Of a stretch of 64,000 nt of DNA, positions 9,001 to 17,900 are shown in pieces; positions within the stretch are counted from its first letter, which is position 1, and each line of letters starts with the position of its first letter. Below the pieces are notes generated by a model that did no database searches, had not been told where the DNA came from, and saw nothing but the letters and a program-made list of their open reading frames with translations. The translations under genes and the position numbers were made by a program. This DNA is from a virus (taxonomy: Duplodnaviria > Caudoviricetes), in the IMG/VR virus record IMGVR_UViG_3300005613_000060, positions 59 through 64,058 of that record; one strand, written 5' to 3'.

Positions 9001-11371
9001 CTGCTAACTTACCGTCATTATAAACTTTAGAACCGCTGACAATAAACTTAGCAAATACATCAGAGTTTACTATTCTTTGTAAAGGGTCAAACTCTATGAA
9101 CTTAGATAGTGGTGAGTTTTTAAACCACTCTTCAGCTGCTTTTATTTCTTCTTCAGATACTTTTAAATCTTTACTTTGAGTTCTGAATATTTCAAAGTCA
9201 TCATTAAGATTATCTTGATCTTCAGCTTTAGCTTGATTTTCTGTATTATTTTTTTGAGGATCTAAGTAAGGTACTATTTTCTTAAAGAATATTTCAGCTA
9301 CATCTTCAGGAATAATTGTTTTACCACTAGCTTGAGCTAGTAAATCCATTGTTTTTTCAGCAATCTCAATATTGTATTGAGAAGCATTATTTATTATTTC
9401 TGATTCTAATAGTTTTACTCTTAATAAATAATCATCAGCAGATTCTCTCTCCAGTTTATTTAATAAATCTTGTCTAATGCTTGGATTGTCAACATCTTCA
9501 ATTATCTTATTAGCAAGAACTTCTTCAATAGGTTTAGGAGTATTCTTTTCTTTTTCTAAAACCTCCATAAATTTATCTGCTTCTCTTGTTTCTAAGCTAG
9601 ATAAATCTGATTGTAATTCTAGATTAGGAGAAAATTCTATATAACTATTAAAATAGAATTGACCTTTTGTTGTATTTAACTCTAAAGGTAAGCCTGTAAT
9701 AAAATCTAGATAATTAGCTTCTACAAGTTTACCATCTTGATATAAATAAAAAGTATCTCCCCCAATAAGATCTTTTTTGTAATGCATTTTTAAAGGAAAG
9801 TAATTTCCGTTAGAACCCTTTGCATTATCTAGCACATTTAAAACAGTTTCTTTTCCTGTAACATCAATATTTTTATTATCAATAATTACTGATTTTACTT
9901 CACCTGGCTTTTTAGAATCTCTTCTTTCTTGTGAAGTTAAAGTATTATAGTTAAAATATATTTTACCATCTTTAGAACTAAATTGTGCAATATGCCTTTG
10001 TGTTGTACTATCTTCTATTCTAGCTGGTTGTGGAAAAAATTGTCTATAAAATATGCTTTTTTCTTCTACTGTTAAATTTGGATCAAATAGAACATCTACA
10101 ACCATAGCATTTATCTCTCTAGTAGAATCTGGTTTTTCCAATAAAATCTCTCTATCATTTATAGTAACAACAGTACTTCCTGTTTGAAAACCATTTCTGG
10201 GTTTGTCAATAGGCTCTGCAGTTTGTAAAATATCTTCTTGAGACATTGAAATTTCTTCAACACTAGTTAAACGAATTCTACTACGATTAGGAGATATAGG
10301 CACACCTTCACTAATACCTGTCATGTGAATATTAAACTTATCACCTTTTCTAACCTTTTGGGTTAAATCATAAACTTGTTTAAATTCTTTTTGTTGTTGT
10401 TTTTCTATTTCTTCTATACCTACTGTAATATCTCTTTCTGCTAATAAGACAGCAGGTAATACAGATATATCTGTAGCATCAAAGTTATAAGCTGTATACT
10501 TATCTTTTTCTTTATCTACTCTTCTTAGTAATTGAAAGACTAGTTTACCATCTTTTTGATTTGAAACTTTACCTTCAGGGTCAAAGAATACAAAATTGTC
10601 ATTAGAGTCAACAATTACCAAAGCTACTCTTTGTCCTAAATTTTTAGAGTCTTTAAACTTTATAGAAGAACCAATCTGGTCTCTAAACTTTTGAGGAAGA
10701 TTAGGAGCTAATGCAGTATCTTCATATAATTCTTTTAAAGTAAAAGTTTTTAACTGTAAGTCTTTGCCATCATAAGTAATAAAAGGACTTAAACTGTTAA
10801 ACTTATTATCTTTTCTTAGTTTTTTTAAAGTGTTGTATATATACTTTTTTTCATCAGAAAGTATTTCAAAATCTGTTCTTTTTTCTCTTTTTTCTAAATC
10901 TCCTTCTAGTTCTTGAAAAGTAGTTGCAAAAACAGATCTTGGTAAATAATCAAGTTCCACTGGACCTACATCCTTACCCTCATTAGAACTATAGTTTTGA
11001 ACTATATAATCATTTAAGTTTTTAAGCGCAAGTAAGGATCTAGATGTATCAATATCATCCAGGCTGTTTATAATAGTATTTATACCAGAATCAGTATCTT
11101 CAAATTGTTTAATTAATTTTCTTACACCATCTACACTAACTTCAATGTCAGGATATCTCATTGCAATATTTGTTACCAATCTAGGAATAGGTTGAACAAA
11201 TTTAGCAGCTGTTTCTTTATCTTTTATATTCTTGATATCACTAAACAACTTACTCATATAAGCATTAGGGTCAAATGTTTGACCCTTTTTTAAACTTGAC
11301 ATATTCTTGTATACGTCCTTATATAAGTTTTCTATTTGTGTAGGTGATAAGGCACAAGTAATTTTTCCCAT
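1..11371 (-). CDS. Giant virion-packaged two-barrel RNA polymerase polyprotein (crAss-like vRNAP), >3790 aa, 3' end outside the window
   Basis: ATG at 11371 (MGKITCALSP...), 4 nt after the upstream stop. Hand translation of several segments gives one frame, open at base 1. It contains GPRIPVQ..S...FLP...VVPSELVAKAGSDFDGDKL (DFDGD at 4208-4222), GDGAGYITFDVYR...PPYK...HKFSLFPL (~5500-5270), LVDVEKDPW (~3550), HEAWH (8948-8962) and C-terminal accessory domains. Confidence 0.93.
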   Translation of the reverse strand, partial: MGKITCALSPTQIENLYKDVYKNMSSLKKGQTFDPNAYMSKLFSDIKNIKDKETAAKFVQPIPRLVTNIAMRYPDIEVSVDGVRKLIKQFEDTDSGINTIINSLDDIDTSRSLLALKNLNDYIVQNYSSNEGKDVGPVELDYLPRSVFATTFQELEGDLEKREKRTDFEILSDEKKYIYNTLKKLRKDNKFNSLSPFITYDGKDLQLKTFTLKELYEDTALAPNLPQKFRDQIGSSIKFKDSKNLGQRVALVIVDSNDNFVFFDPEGKVSNQKDGKLVFQLLRRVDKEKDKYTAYNFDATDISVLPAVLLAERDITVGIEEIEKQQQKEFKQVYDLTQKVRKGDKFNIHMTGISEGVPISPNRSRIRLTSVEEISMSQEDILQTAEPIDKPRNGFQTGSTVVTINDREILLEKPDSTREINAMVVDVLFDPNLTVEEKSIFYRQFFPQPARIEDSTTQRHIAQFSSKDGKIYFNYNTLTSQERRDSKKPGEVKSVIIDNKNIDVTGKETVLNVLDNAKGSNGNYFPLKMHYKKDLIGGDTFYLYQDGKLVEANYLDFITGLPLELNTTKGQFYFNSYIEFSPNLELQSDLSSLETREADKFMEVLEKEKNTPKPIEEVLANKIIEDVDNPSIRQDLLNKLERESADDYLLRVKLLESEIINNASQYNIEIAEKTMDLLAQASGKTIIPEDVAEIFFKKIVPYLDPQKNNTENQAKAEDQDNLNDDFEIFRTQSKDLKVSEEEIKAAEEWFKNSPLSKFIEFDPLQRIVNSDVFAKFIVSGSKVYNDGKLAEIKIGKGSSVDVYHEAWHGFSQLFLTKPQKIDLYNEVRNSNPKYKDLSFFEIEEMLAEDFRDYARNQKAKKGSPKRNSIFRKMWNFLKALFGKGVTKSDSFSATQIPAVNEMFNKLYFGTFNNLTPSIDNIMFNELNRGVRGVSKVKDYVLSPTEADAMLNATDSIISEYLDSLVEKTKNKAYVISALRSSNNKAKLYEQVRKTLDAKAKEFRNKLGDISDKSFNQATTVDQLEKISAGFIVKKNEEKLYAFTTSQISDFTKLTPALKKGLRVKGQVYFDINIVADFYYHNDLVNKDGTPVQIMVVADQTDIIDQYDNYLQAGAQNFKDVVIKEKPQLKPLTAEQNNLLNKIKVLETTLANFGDPSNGFVNYHLQNSAYEYLRADDKDSLEGTDYVDENGEEVDITDPESGSDSAEVWDKKVGKTSILDDANPQTKYIFKSLFAVNREGKNELDEYGFKKRADFYNVWNLVTRQIAGIKDPQVMYDKLVESQDLIPELKQLIKYKLPNPADYAKTSSEFDTVTALWQDFSKSELPYLQTTYFAETGEVKIIEASMEAPVIIQRWVNTFKNDLENPFVQRTSDNVNLLNVNELVNKYKNDSGSIDKDGNKIFGFLRGLGLYLDDTIAIKEDLETNFKEYGIAYIFDIAKKAAIIERGERVYNVKQNEFLENFKKNPLTTINSKIEKGVLEKDKEVNQSNNIKKLAELHANKGFEALSFGVPNAAGDTVFPHIADNEITRIGYELDNAKTLSDMYLNVRHMEFLNPSKNSFTENSQIIKSLFDFTSDSRKRLTKRSFQLFMNSGTQIVNSDGTKEGVNTTDLDQYGYFLQNIHSLLGAGVAENPRHASKKSSYGARVKGGLKRYDISVVGDDHLYVPTNTFNGSKGVKYAFDHILLGYIETEFQRIKMFKSDPKYKNYLGFNKKVKFDGKEYLAGELFTAFDNVLTDTTKKKLYGLIEQGIDNLTDYVTNQDTNLYNDLFNEVTGYFKEETTRNRDFLRNNEYIAPALLEKTKLEGKDAINAVMKSYTYNSWIHNFEMIHLFYGSLAQFNHAKEEFHKRNTGASSGGPKFRTDIAARKFINEVFNVKAEEGAPVNTYSESIGEKIFKYSGVFNTAILRDVKIDSIYLKNIKESLEELYTQQFKDAGVKDYKDKVAKKVEKDIKKYSNMEEGDGAGYITFDVYRTLKKLENDWSDDQETFYKKIVRKEKYNTEDVKHFFPPYKLQNFGPLANEGMTALAMHKFSLFPLIPDAIEGSDLQNLHDQMIRKDIQYVTFGTGSKGTTITSDGSRDQIYNDDADNGKTYKSFNEDIKFTKNRVYVEYLKKASPVNRKYKNQTSYPTQVRGLILDGAFTEGMPKTKNYEEKVAQYKKAIDDSSDVLRLELLEEIGYKYDPISNSYFGNPSQFLDLIKRELEDRDLPNHLLDVIGVTPKGNLISDLSIHIKADIIEKTLVSIIEKRLIKQKVKGEPLLQMPVSMFGNKWSVDTKDGTNGLPFYQKSKGRTKAMKVALALQGDFVNLLNLEYKGKAIGNIETLNQAIKDETWVEENRESITIAGPRIPVQEHNSMEVAEIYHFLPESFGNQVVVPSELVAKAGSDFDGDKLFFTYPHLDKSGKVIKSALSLKELEERYDKAKDKKEKKEIRNQIQIKKKALENETLKATADLLLLPENYALLVKPNDTYLLQDIVEDVKDYQKGYNRFENRQKVPTSKNISPTRVLEALYNVNNLKVNMTGKDGLGIVALENKQHPIKKSIGAAMPKEVEDVVYENGVKAKGNVKRELNIRLKHKRNKDGRISLSSELNTSGTKIGDLHSHLMNGLVDVEKDPWVFYVRANLESLNTLNYLIEAGVDERAAVYFLSQPLIQEYVEEKQKIKSPWRKIITGDQSEKEWMAAGNILKGYLSENEYSRLESEANLQRFKDAIKQLPEIIVDGKKIKTDTIKNIDAFIGDVQDFSFIDPSNKFKYSYQKDRLTGPTLLPYAEIVANSMTEELYTNEALLKNLSENKKNKNLAYFLHLLLLENDTRGYSEAKKLFNPDTKLSKTSFQSSKRKANLKNIKKEIGVPSDLVDAYQNNSILSSFYKNDISTELIKPLFTLRLNDTFIDYLTYITYAQRVNIKNKFGAGVEGQERFTSALSNAVVNYIYQNTMSHITDGNGNIITRPTEYGGYEVKENKKLEVPAKVIDNVLYVNYDILNEDYNEGLYLKQSSSDKSYKSRGLMSFNSKEYFKNPVVFVKYHLEKAKQEANNSLEKAKKDKDFLNFKSMLKLTDDVDVKAYEAYLTEKALIYSFNPYVMLKGEKLAYSEKILEVIKDNPELKEQFPVLQKLQIAEAPSRRKYKILTLSNKRELNREISDSYEQNIRQLADPTVKKVSNPVENQRISEWFSLFNRAMVYQHGVGYSANSINDIVNQSETNEIIRNESNFFIAEKLEAQNGLVLNSVFNTLMSPDYIKNYIEANPKQYNNPEAALPVTPEVIEEPTQSSTQQQGVAAEINFEENQTGGYPARTRINASADATIHLAINFETPGEKLTKKSVNEQGKTYIALNASTLNVTPERVNKLVDILNSKNIKTLNIAGNGIYDMKQYTQEQVDEFTYQLLNAALNSPNLKIKITGIRSGGQTGFDEAGAKAGMRLGIPTTVLAPKDWEFRTNSGNVKNEQAFKARFATTQQQAPTTTTQPTQSSTSVKPTIDLSREWSGDLKTRPVYSAEGVNTMRTESAKPNEHFGNPFSEAGYGGTIKVPSIGAAVVAYKNWLTTNLEIVDRYTDADVKANPNKIYGFGDNTQRAGTGGQAQIRNNPNAIGIATKLAPSNAESAFMTDKDLTKNKAVIDEDIAKIKATGKDVVFPKDGLGTGLAKLKEKAPQTYQYLKQRLLEEFGFNNDTGMQLKSQQRAWILDQINQGKLDGATLLYAGKLAARGQGMHPTALAEVVEELRSKSTQPTQSSTSVKEGVLELFESNPELANIGTPEQYSQYLDTIFPDSKVKDIVYHGTKRSEKTFEKRIPSESY
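179..213. repeat. 35-nt exact direct repeat, copy 1 (encodes the TQPTQSSTSVK interdomain linker)
   Basis: tttaacactagtagatgattgagtaggttgagtag is identical at 179-213 and 962-996; a 20-nt core recurs at 1568-1587. Confidence 0.95.
962..996. repeat. 35-nt exact direct repeat, copy 2
   Basis: Identical to 179-213. Confidence 0.95.
1558..1587. repeat. Partial third linker repeat
   Basis: agtagatgattgagtaggtt (1568-1587) matches the 35-mer core; cttgttgttgagtag (1558-1572) matches 1009-1023. Confidence 0.85.
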
Positions 11372-11375
11372 AACA

Positions 11376-14300
11376 TTAACAATCTAAATCTTCTAAAATA
11401 TTATTTCTGGTATTATCTTCTGTTAGCTCAGTAAGATCTACATCTGTAGCTTTAAAATCAGTAGTATCTAAGAAGTTATCAACTTCATCTTTTGTCTGAT
11501 CAATGCTTTGTTTATCCTGAGCATCCAATTTCTGTACTTTTTGTTCTGCTTTTTTACCCATGTTAGTTTTAAATGTTGCAAAAGAATTAAGTTCTTGAAT
11601 AGTCAAAGATAAGGTTTCTCCTTCACTATTTTGTAATTTTACATTGTTTTTATTTGTTTCAATAACTTTAACAGTTTCACCAACACCTGCAAACAATTCA
11701 TTTCCTTTTGTAATAATTTTTTGAACTATAAATTCATTACCTTTATTAACGTTTGTATCATCAGCTTTTACTACTTCTTCTACTTTTGATTTTTGTAGTT
11801 TGTAAGCTTCTCTTAATTCATTAACTTGTTCAGGACTAAACTCATCTATATTTTCTTTTATTTCTTGAGACAAAGTTTCTAAATCACCTAATTTAGTAAC
11901 GGCTTGTATCTTAGATATATAGTCATTAAATCTTTTTGTAGTTTCTTCAGCAGTTGGTTTTAAAGTAGGCTTAAAGCTAAGAGTACCTTTTACTTCTTCT
12001 TCAAATTGTTCTTCTTCAGTGACAGGAGTAGTAGGAGCTTTTGCAGGAGCTTTAGTAACTTTTTCTTTTACTTGTTTTTCTTTTCTGCTAGAAGTTTCTG
12101 CATCTCGTTTAGGGCTTCCTTCCTCTGTTGGGGTTTCAACTTCAGAAGCTGCGCTCTCTGCTGAATATTTAAATGTTGGAAGAGTTTCTCCTGCTTTATA
12201 GGCTGTTTCATAATCTATTAAATAATTAAGGTCTTTTTCTAATTGTTCTTGTACTGCTTCTATATAAGCTATAGTCAAGTTGTTTTTCATTCTTAAAGCA
12301 CTATCTTTCTTAATTCTAGATGCTTCATTATAAACATTGTAAAGATAATCAATAGCTTCTCTTAAAGCAAAAATATCTACAGGTAAACCTTCCATGGCTC
12401 TGTTGATTACTCTGAAGTTAGAATCGCTCATTCCTTCAAATAAATCATAAGTAGGTATACCATACTTTTCTATTCTGCTATTTATTATCTCATCAATTTC
12501 ATTTTTAGAACTTTCTATTTCCTTAACTACTTCTGAATCAAAGCTTAAACTTGATTGTTCACCTGGTTCAGATACTTTTTCATCAGCTACAACTTCACCA
12601 TACTTTTCTATCATGCTATTAGCAAAATTAGAAAGCTCTGTTTCATCTAATGTAGTTCTTACAAAATCTATTTCTTCATCAGTCATTAACTTAATAACAG
12701 GTTCTTCTAAACCTATTCTATTAAGTTTATTCATCATGGCATCTGAAAGTTGTTTTCCAACTTGCATTGTAGGTTGAGCCTGCGGTGTTGGTTGACCAGG
12801 TTTTTCTTTTAAAGGAATTATTGTCTCAACAAGTTCTTGTACTGTTTGTCCTTTTAATGGTCCATCTTTATGAAAAGAATCAGTTACATTAAGTTTAATT
12901 CTATTAGTACCTGGAATAAGTAAACCACTATATTTAGGCAAAGTACCTTTAGTAATCTTACCATCTTTAACTACATCGTTAACTTCAATAGGAAAAACAG
13001 ATATACTAGAGACCATACCTGTCATGTTATATAACAAGTTTCTATATGCCGCTTGTTGTAAAGTATAAGCTTCTCTGCTAGGATGAGTACTAAACTTACT
13101 CCATTTGTCTTTCTTACCGGTTTTAATATCAATAATAAAAACTTTACCTGTTCTATCTACAGCAACTAAGTCAGCTGTTCCAGCAACTTTAGCTTCTTTA
13201 TCATAAAGTATAAGTTCATCAGAAATTATTACTAAACCATTATCTTTTACTTGTTTAACAATATTAGTAATAGAACCTTCTTCACCAAATAACTCTTCAT
13301 AAGCTTCTTCAGTTATTTTTTTAGGATCAAATTTAACCTCACCACCTGCAAAAATAGTTCTTACAGCAAAATCAATATAATCACCAGCATCTGTAGTTTC
13401 TTTATTTTGAAACTCGTTAATGGCTACTTCTAGTATTTCAACTGTAAGATTATCTTTTCTTTTATTTAAATATGTTTCTAAACCAACAAAAGAAGCTTCA
13501 GAAAAACCTTGAGGTCTCTTCTTTTTAAATTGAGAAACCATGTTTGCTATTTCTTCTCCTGTAGCTTTATTATTTTTTACAGTATCATTATATATACTTA
13601 TAGCATCTGCCATAAATTTATAATCATACTTTTCATATTTTATGTCTTTAGTTGCATTGGTAACTCTTTGTAATAGAACATCGTCTATCATATAAGATCC
13701 TAAACCTGTTTCTTTAGGAGTCTTTATTTCTTCTTTTTGTTTAGCTAATAAAGCCTCAAGTATACTTACTGTCTTCTTTTGCTCAGGAGTCATTTGAGAA
13801 AGATCAAGATTTTTTAAGTAAGCATCTATAGAATTTATAGTAGATTGCATTCTATTTATTTCTACTATATCTTCATTAGTTTTATCTTTCTTTTCTTCTG
13901 CAACTTTTAATTTACCAGCAAGAGTTCTTTTCATTTTTATAAGCTCTGCTTCTGTAAAGTCACTAGCTTTTTTTGTTTCTCCTTTTACAATAAGTTCTGG
14001 ATCATATGTAGGATCGCTTACTGCATTCTTTAACTCTTGTTGTGCATTATAATCATTTATAAGATCAGCAGCTACACGATTAGTTTTAATAAATGAAGTT
14101 AATTGCTCATCAGTAGGTTCTTGATCTGCAGGTAACCCTAATCTTATTTGTTCATTTAAGTAAGCATCTTGTATAGCTACTGCAAGCTCTGTAGGCATGT
14201 CTGAAATAGGAGTATCTTTAGTAATTGTTTTTACTATTCCTGCTTTCTTTTCTTCAGCTTTTGCTTCAGCTTTTAGTTTAGAAATTCTTTCCGCATATTC

Positions 14301-17300
14301 TTTAGTTATCTCTTCTGCTTTTACAGGATCGGGTACAAAATCTTTAACATAAGTTTGACCAGATTTAAACTTTTCTTTACTCTTCATATCAAAGAGTTCC
14401 CCGTTCTCATCATCATACCTTAAGTTACCTTCCTTATCCTTATATAAAGTAATAACTTCATCACCATCTTTTCTCTCTATTGTAAGCTCAATATATTGTT
14501 CAGGAAAAGATTTTTGATCAACACGGTTAATATTAAAAGTTTTAGCTAAACGTTTAGGTTCTATCTGATCTTTATCTATTCTTTTTTCTACTTTATCTAA
14601 AGCATTAATTTCTGCATCTCTTTGTTTAATAAGTGCATCAATTTTATCTTGATATACTTTATCAACAACATCTTCCTTTTTACTTCTTACAAGTTGAGCT
14701 CTATAGAATATTACAGCATAATCATTATACTGATGATGACCTTCACGTATTACAGCTTTTTTAGTATCATCATAAAACTCTACAGGTATCTCACCATTGT
14801 TTTTCCAATTTTCAAATTGGTCTATACTTACATATATATTTTGAGAAGCTAACCAGTTTAATATTTCATTATCTTCTACATCTTCAAATCCTTTACGGAC
14901 CATCTCTGTATAGTAAGATCTTCTATTTTCATAGAGAGCCTTCATCCATTCCATGTTTCTTTCAACATGTTCCATGTACTCATTAGGGTCATGTAATATA
15001 TTTATACCCTCTGCCAGGTCTCTGGACTCTTTACTTAATTCAAAATATTTAGAAAAGTTTTTAAAAGCTTTATCTAAGTTTTCATCAAATGTATATGTAC
15101 CTGATTTATCAGCTAACATTTGTATATAAGACTTAAAAGCTTTTTCAAGCTCAATAGACGCAGGACTTATAAAACTTTTATTCATTTTATAAATTTCTTC
15201 TGCTGCTTCTTCAAGTTCTTCTTCTGTATATTCTGTTTCTGTTAAACCAAGTTGAATTTTTATCTGAGCTTTAACTTCACTTTTATTTTTCTTAACATTT
15301 TTAAATGAAGCTATGGCTGATTGCAAATCTCTTAAAGCTGTAATTTGCTTTTTCTTAAACTCATAATCTTTTTTGTCAGGTATTTTATCTAATCCTTCTA
15401 ATGATTCTACCTCAGTTTCTAATATATTAATTTGATTAAGTAGAAGATTATCTTCAAATAAAACTCTTACATCCTGAGCATTTAAATCTTTTATTTCAGG
15501 AATAGATGTTACACTATCAATAATGTTAATCATCTCTTTTCTTGTATTCTCAAAAGCTTGATTAAAGAATACATAGTTTCTTCTTGCTATTTTCCAAGCA
15601 TTTTCTAAAAGTATTGACTTCTCATACTCTGAAGAATCTTTATCATAAGAAGAAGTTTTAGTAAAATCAATAGGATCTGGGAATCTTTCCTTAGCTTCTT
15701 TCCATTTACTCTCTATACTTTTAGCATTATCAATTGCTGTTTCAATTTTTTGTAAATAGTTAGCTCCCTCACCGGGTTCTAAATTCATAGCTTCTTCAAA
15801 CTCTTCTTGTGTCAAATCTTTATAAGCATTCATTTGCTCATAATAGATATCCATAGTATCATGTTCTAAAGCTGTAGTAACTCCATCAACAAAAGCATTT
15901 TCTTTAAGTATTGATTCTGTTTCTTCACTAGTTTGCTTTTTAATCTCATTACTGATAGTTGCTTGAGAACCATAGTTAAATATTCTAGACTCCCAAAAGT
16001 CTTTTATGTCTACAGCATTCATTCTATCAGCAAGTCTATTACCATAGTTTGCTTTAGCATCTTTATACTTTTGATATGCCGCTGGATCAGAAAATCTTTT
16101 ATAAGCCATAGAACCTAAAACAGGAGCTCTATTTAAGGGACCCGCAAAAGCACCCATAACAAAACCAGATGCAAAAGTTTCAAAACCTTGTTTAGTAAAC
16201 TGTGACTCTATACCTTCCATTGCCATAGCTTTAGCAAATTCTGAAGTAGCCAAAGCAGGGTTTTTAAAACTTTCTATATAATACTTTTCGGTACCCATAG
16301 CAATTGCTTCTTGAGCATTTTCTTGTAAACCTTCTAATACATTAGCTTTAAAATAAGTTATTGCACCAACTGCAGATTTTTTTAATGGCTGTTTAGCAAA
16401 ATTCTTTATGGTGTTTTTAAGATTGTTTTGAACATACTCTGCTGTAGGTACTTTTAATGTTTTCTTACCTACAGTTTTTTTAGTATATGTTTTTATAAGC
16501 TTACCTGTTTTAAGATCAAGTACCTCTTTCATCTTATTACCAAATAGACGATTAAGGCCACCTTTTCCTCCAAAAACATTATCAAATACTAATTTATTAC
16601 TACCAAGAATTATAGGCATGTTAAATGTTAAAGCTGCAATACCTGCATCTTTTGCTTTTAATCTGAATTCTTTTTGTTTATCATTATCTGGAGCAAAACC
16701 ATTTTCTTTATAGAAATCATTATATAGTTCTCTGTATACAGAGTTTTCTACCATACCACCTTCTAATCTTGATTCTGATAGTGCTGCATTAACAGTAACT
16801 ATATCTTGATAAAAAGAACCGAACATTTGTTTACCTTTAGCAAGACCTGTCAAGTTCTTAGAATTTTTAGCAATATCAAAAAAAGTTTCTGTAGTATTAC
16901 TTAAAGGATTAATAAATTTACCTAAAGGACTATTAAAAGTTTTTTCAGCTTTAGTAAAATTATAAAATTTTCTTGCATTATCTGCACTCTTAAGTGACTG
17001 TAAGCTTTTTCTAAACTGATTTGCTGTAGTTGCATTTTTAAGTTTAGATAATCCAGATAAACCTTGACCAAGCATTTTAACTTTATTACCTAACAAAGCT
17101 CCTTCAGCTACTAAAGAACTACCTCCGGTAGGTGCCGTAAGTAAAGCTGCAGCACCCATCTCTAATATAGACTCTACAACAATTCCTGCGGTATAACCAA
17201 AGTTCATAAAAGCATTAGACATGAAAGAACCAAAACCTTCTTTACTTGATTGACCAATAGCTGCGGCTCTTTCATATATTTCTGCATCATCTGTATCTGA

Positions 17301-17897
17301 ACCAAAGTCTCCTTGTAAAGCTTTATATAAACTTTTAGGACCTGCAACAAAACCTGTTGAAAACAATGGCCAAAAAGAATGAGTCATCATTCTTGAGAAA
17401 TCATCCCAACCAGAAGTGTTAGCATTATATATTGATTCATTATCTAATAAAGGTGAGAAACCAATTTTATCAAAAGTTTCTTGACCGTATGCATGATACC
17501 TATCATAAAAAGCATTACCGTGAGGACTTGCATCATATGAGTAAGGTTTAGAGTAAGCATTTGCATTTGCTGATATAGCATTACCTCTAGCTACTGTTTG
17601 AGTTGAAAGTGCTTCAAGTATTTCTTTAACGTTAATCTTAGCATTAGGATTATCAGCTTTTGCTGGTTGTCCTGGTTTTCCTACTACATTTTCTTTTGTA
17701 GATATAGTAGGATCAACGGCAGGCTGTCTGTTAAATACGGGTGAAGGAAAATTAATTTCAGGTTCAATAAACTTATCCCCCTCAAAAGGTTGCATATTAA
17801 TAGGGTCAGTACTTGGTAAATTAGTACTTCCTGTAATAGGGCCTAATGGTTCTGTAGGATCTAAAAAACTTAAAGTATTATTATTTTCTTCAGCCAT
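11376..17897 (-). CDS. Large virion cargo/ejection protein with a PD-(D/E)xK (RecB-like) nuclease domain
   Basis: 2173 aa next to the vRNAP. Gly/Ala-rich hydrophobic N-terminal segments and long helical regions; motif VAGTADLVAVD...IIDIKTG...YTLQQAAY at ~13040-13190. Confidence 0.75.
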   Translation of the reverse strand: MAEENNNTLSFLDPTEPLGPITGSTNLPSTDPINMQPFEGDKFIEPEINFPSPVFNRQPAVDPTISTKENVVGKPGQPAKADNPNAKINVKEILEALSTQTVARGNAISANANAYSKPYSYDASPHGNAFYDRYHAYGQETFDKIGFSPLLDNESIYNANTSGWDDFSRMMTHSFWPLFSTGFVAGPKSLYKALQGDFGSDTDDAEIYERAAAIGQSSKEGFGSFMSNAFMNFGYTAGIVVESILEMGAAALLTAPTGGSSLVAEGALLGNKVKMLGQGLSGLSKLKNATTANQFRKSLQSLKSADNARKFYNFTKAEKTFNSPLGKFINPLSNTTETFFDIAKNSKNLTGLAKGKQMFGSFYQDIVTVNAALSESRLEGGMVENSVYRELYNDFYKENGFAPDNDKQKEFRLKAKDAGIAALTFNMPIILGSNKLVFDNVFGGKGGLNRLFGNKMKEVLDLKTGKLIKTYTKKTVGKKTLKVPTAEYVQNNLKNTIKNFAKQPLKKSAVGAITYFKANVLEGLQENAQEAIAMGTEKYYIESFKNPALATSEFAKAMAMEGIESQFTKQGFETFASGFVMGAFAGPLNRAPVLGSMAYKRFSDPAAYQKYKDAKANYGNRLADRMNAVDIKDFWESRIFNYGSQATISNEIKKQTSEETESILKENAFVDGVTTALEHDTMDIYYEQMNAYKDLTQEEFEEAMNLEPGEGANYLQKIETAIDNAKSIESKWKEAKERFPDPIDFTKTSSYDKDSSEYEKSILLENAWKIARRNYVFFNQAFENTRKEMINIIDSVTSIPEIKDLNAQDVRVLFEDNLLLNQINILETEVESLEGLDKIPDKKDYEFKKKQITALRDLQSAIASFKNVKKNKSEVKAQIKIQLGLTETEYTEEELEEAAEEIYKMNKSFISPASIELEKAFKSYIQMLADKSGTYTFDENLDKAFKNFSKYFELSKESRDLAEGINILHDPNEYMEHVERNMEWMKALYENRRSYYTEMVRKGFEDVEDNEILNWLASQNIYVSIDQFENWKNNGEIPVEFYDDTKKAVIREGHHQYNDYAVIFYRAQLVRSKKEDVVDKVYQDKIDALIKQRDAEINALDKVEKRIDKDQIEPKRLAKTFNINRVDQKSFPEQYIELTIERKDGDEVITLYKDKEGNLRYDDENGELFDMKSKEKFKSGQTYVKDFVPDPVKAEEITKEYAERISKLKAEAKAEEKKAGIVKTITKDTPISDMPTELAVAIQDAYLNEQIRLGLPADQEPTDEQLTSFIKTNRVAADLINDYNAQQELKNAVSDPTYDPELIVKGETKKASDFTEAELIKMKRTLAGKLKVAEEKKDKTNEDIVEINRMQSTINSIDAYLKNLDLSQMTPEQKKTVSILEALLAKQKEEIKTPKETGLGSYMIDDVLLQRVTNATKDIKYEKYDYKFMADAISIYNDTVKNNKATGEEIANMVSQFKKKRPQGFSEASFVGLETYLNKRKDNLTVEILEVAINEFQNKETTDAGDYIDFAVRTIFAGGEVKFDPKKITEEAYEELFGEEGSITNIVKQVKDNGLVIISDELILYDKEAKVAGTADLVAVDRTGKVFIIDIKTGKKDKWSKFSTHPSREAYTLQQAAYRNLLYNMTGMVSSISVFPIEVNDVVKDGKITKGTLPKYSGLLIPGTNRIKLNVTDSFHKDGPLKGQTVQELVETIIPLKEKPGQPTPQAQPTMQVGKQLSDAMMNKLNRIGLEEPVIKLMTDEEIDFVRTTLDETELSNFANSMIEKYGEVVADEKVSEPGEQSSLSFDSEVVKEIESSKNEIDEIINSRIEKYGIPTYDLFEGMSDSNFRVINRAMEGLPVDIFALREAIDYLYNVYNEASRIKKDSALRMKNNLTIAYIEAVQEQLEKDLNYLIDYETAYKAGETLPTFKYSAESAASEVETPTEEGSPKRDAETSSRKEKQVKEKVTKAPAKAPTTPVTEEEQFEEEVKGTLSFKPTLKPTAEETTKRFNDYISKIQAVTKLGDLETLSQEIKENIDEFSPEQVNELREAYKLQKSKVEEVVKADDTNVNKGNEFIVQKIITKGNELFAGVGETVKVIETNKNNVKLQNSEGETLSLTIQELNSFATFKTNMGKKAEQKVQKLDAQDKQSIDQTKDEVDNFLDTTDFKATDVDLTELTEDNTRNNILEDLDC

Positions 17898-17900
17898 AAG

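Noticed and set aside
1-11375. Apparent 11-kb ORF-free region in the track
   Set aside because: It is one minus-strand reading frame with no stop inside the window, not non-coding or recoded DNA.
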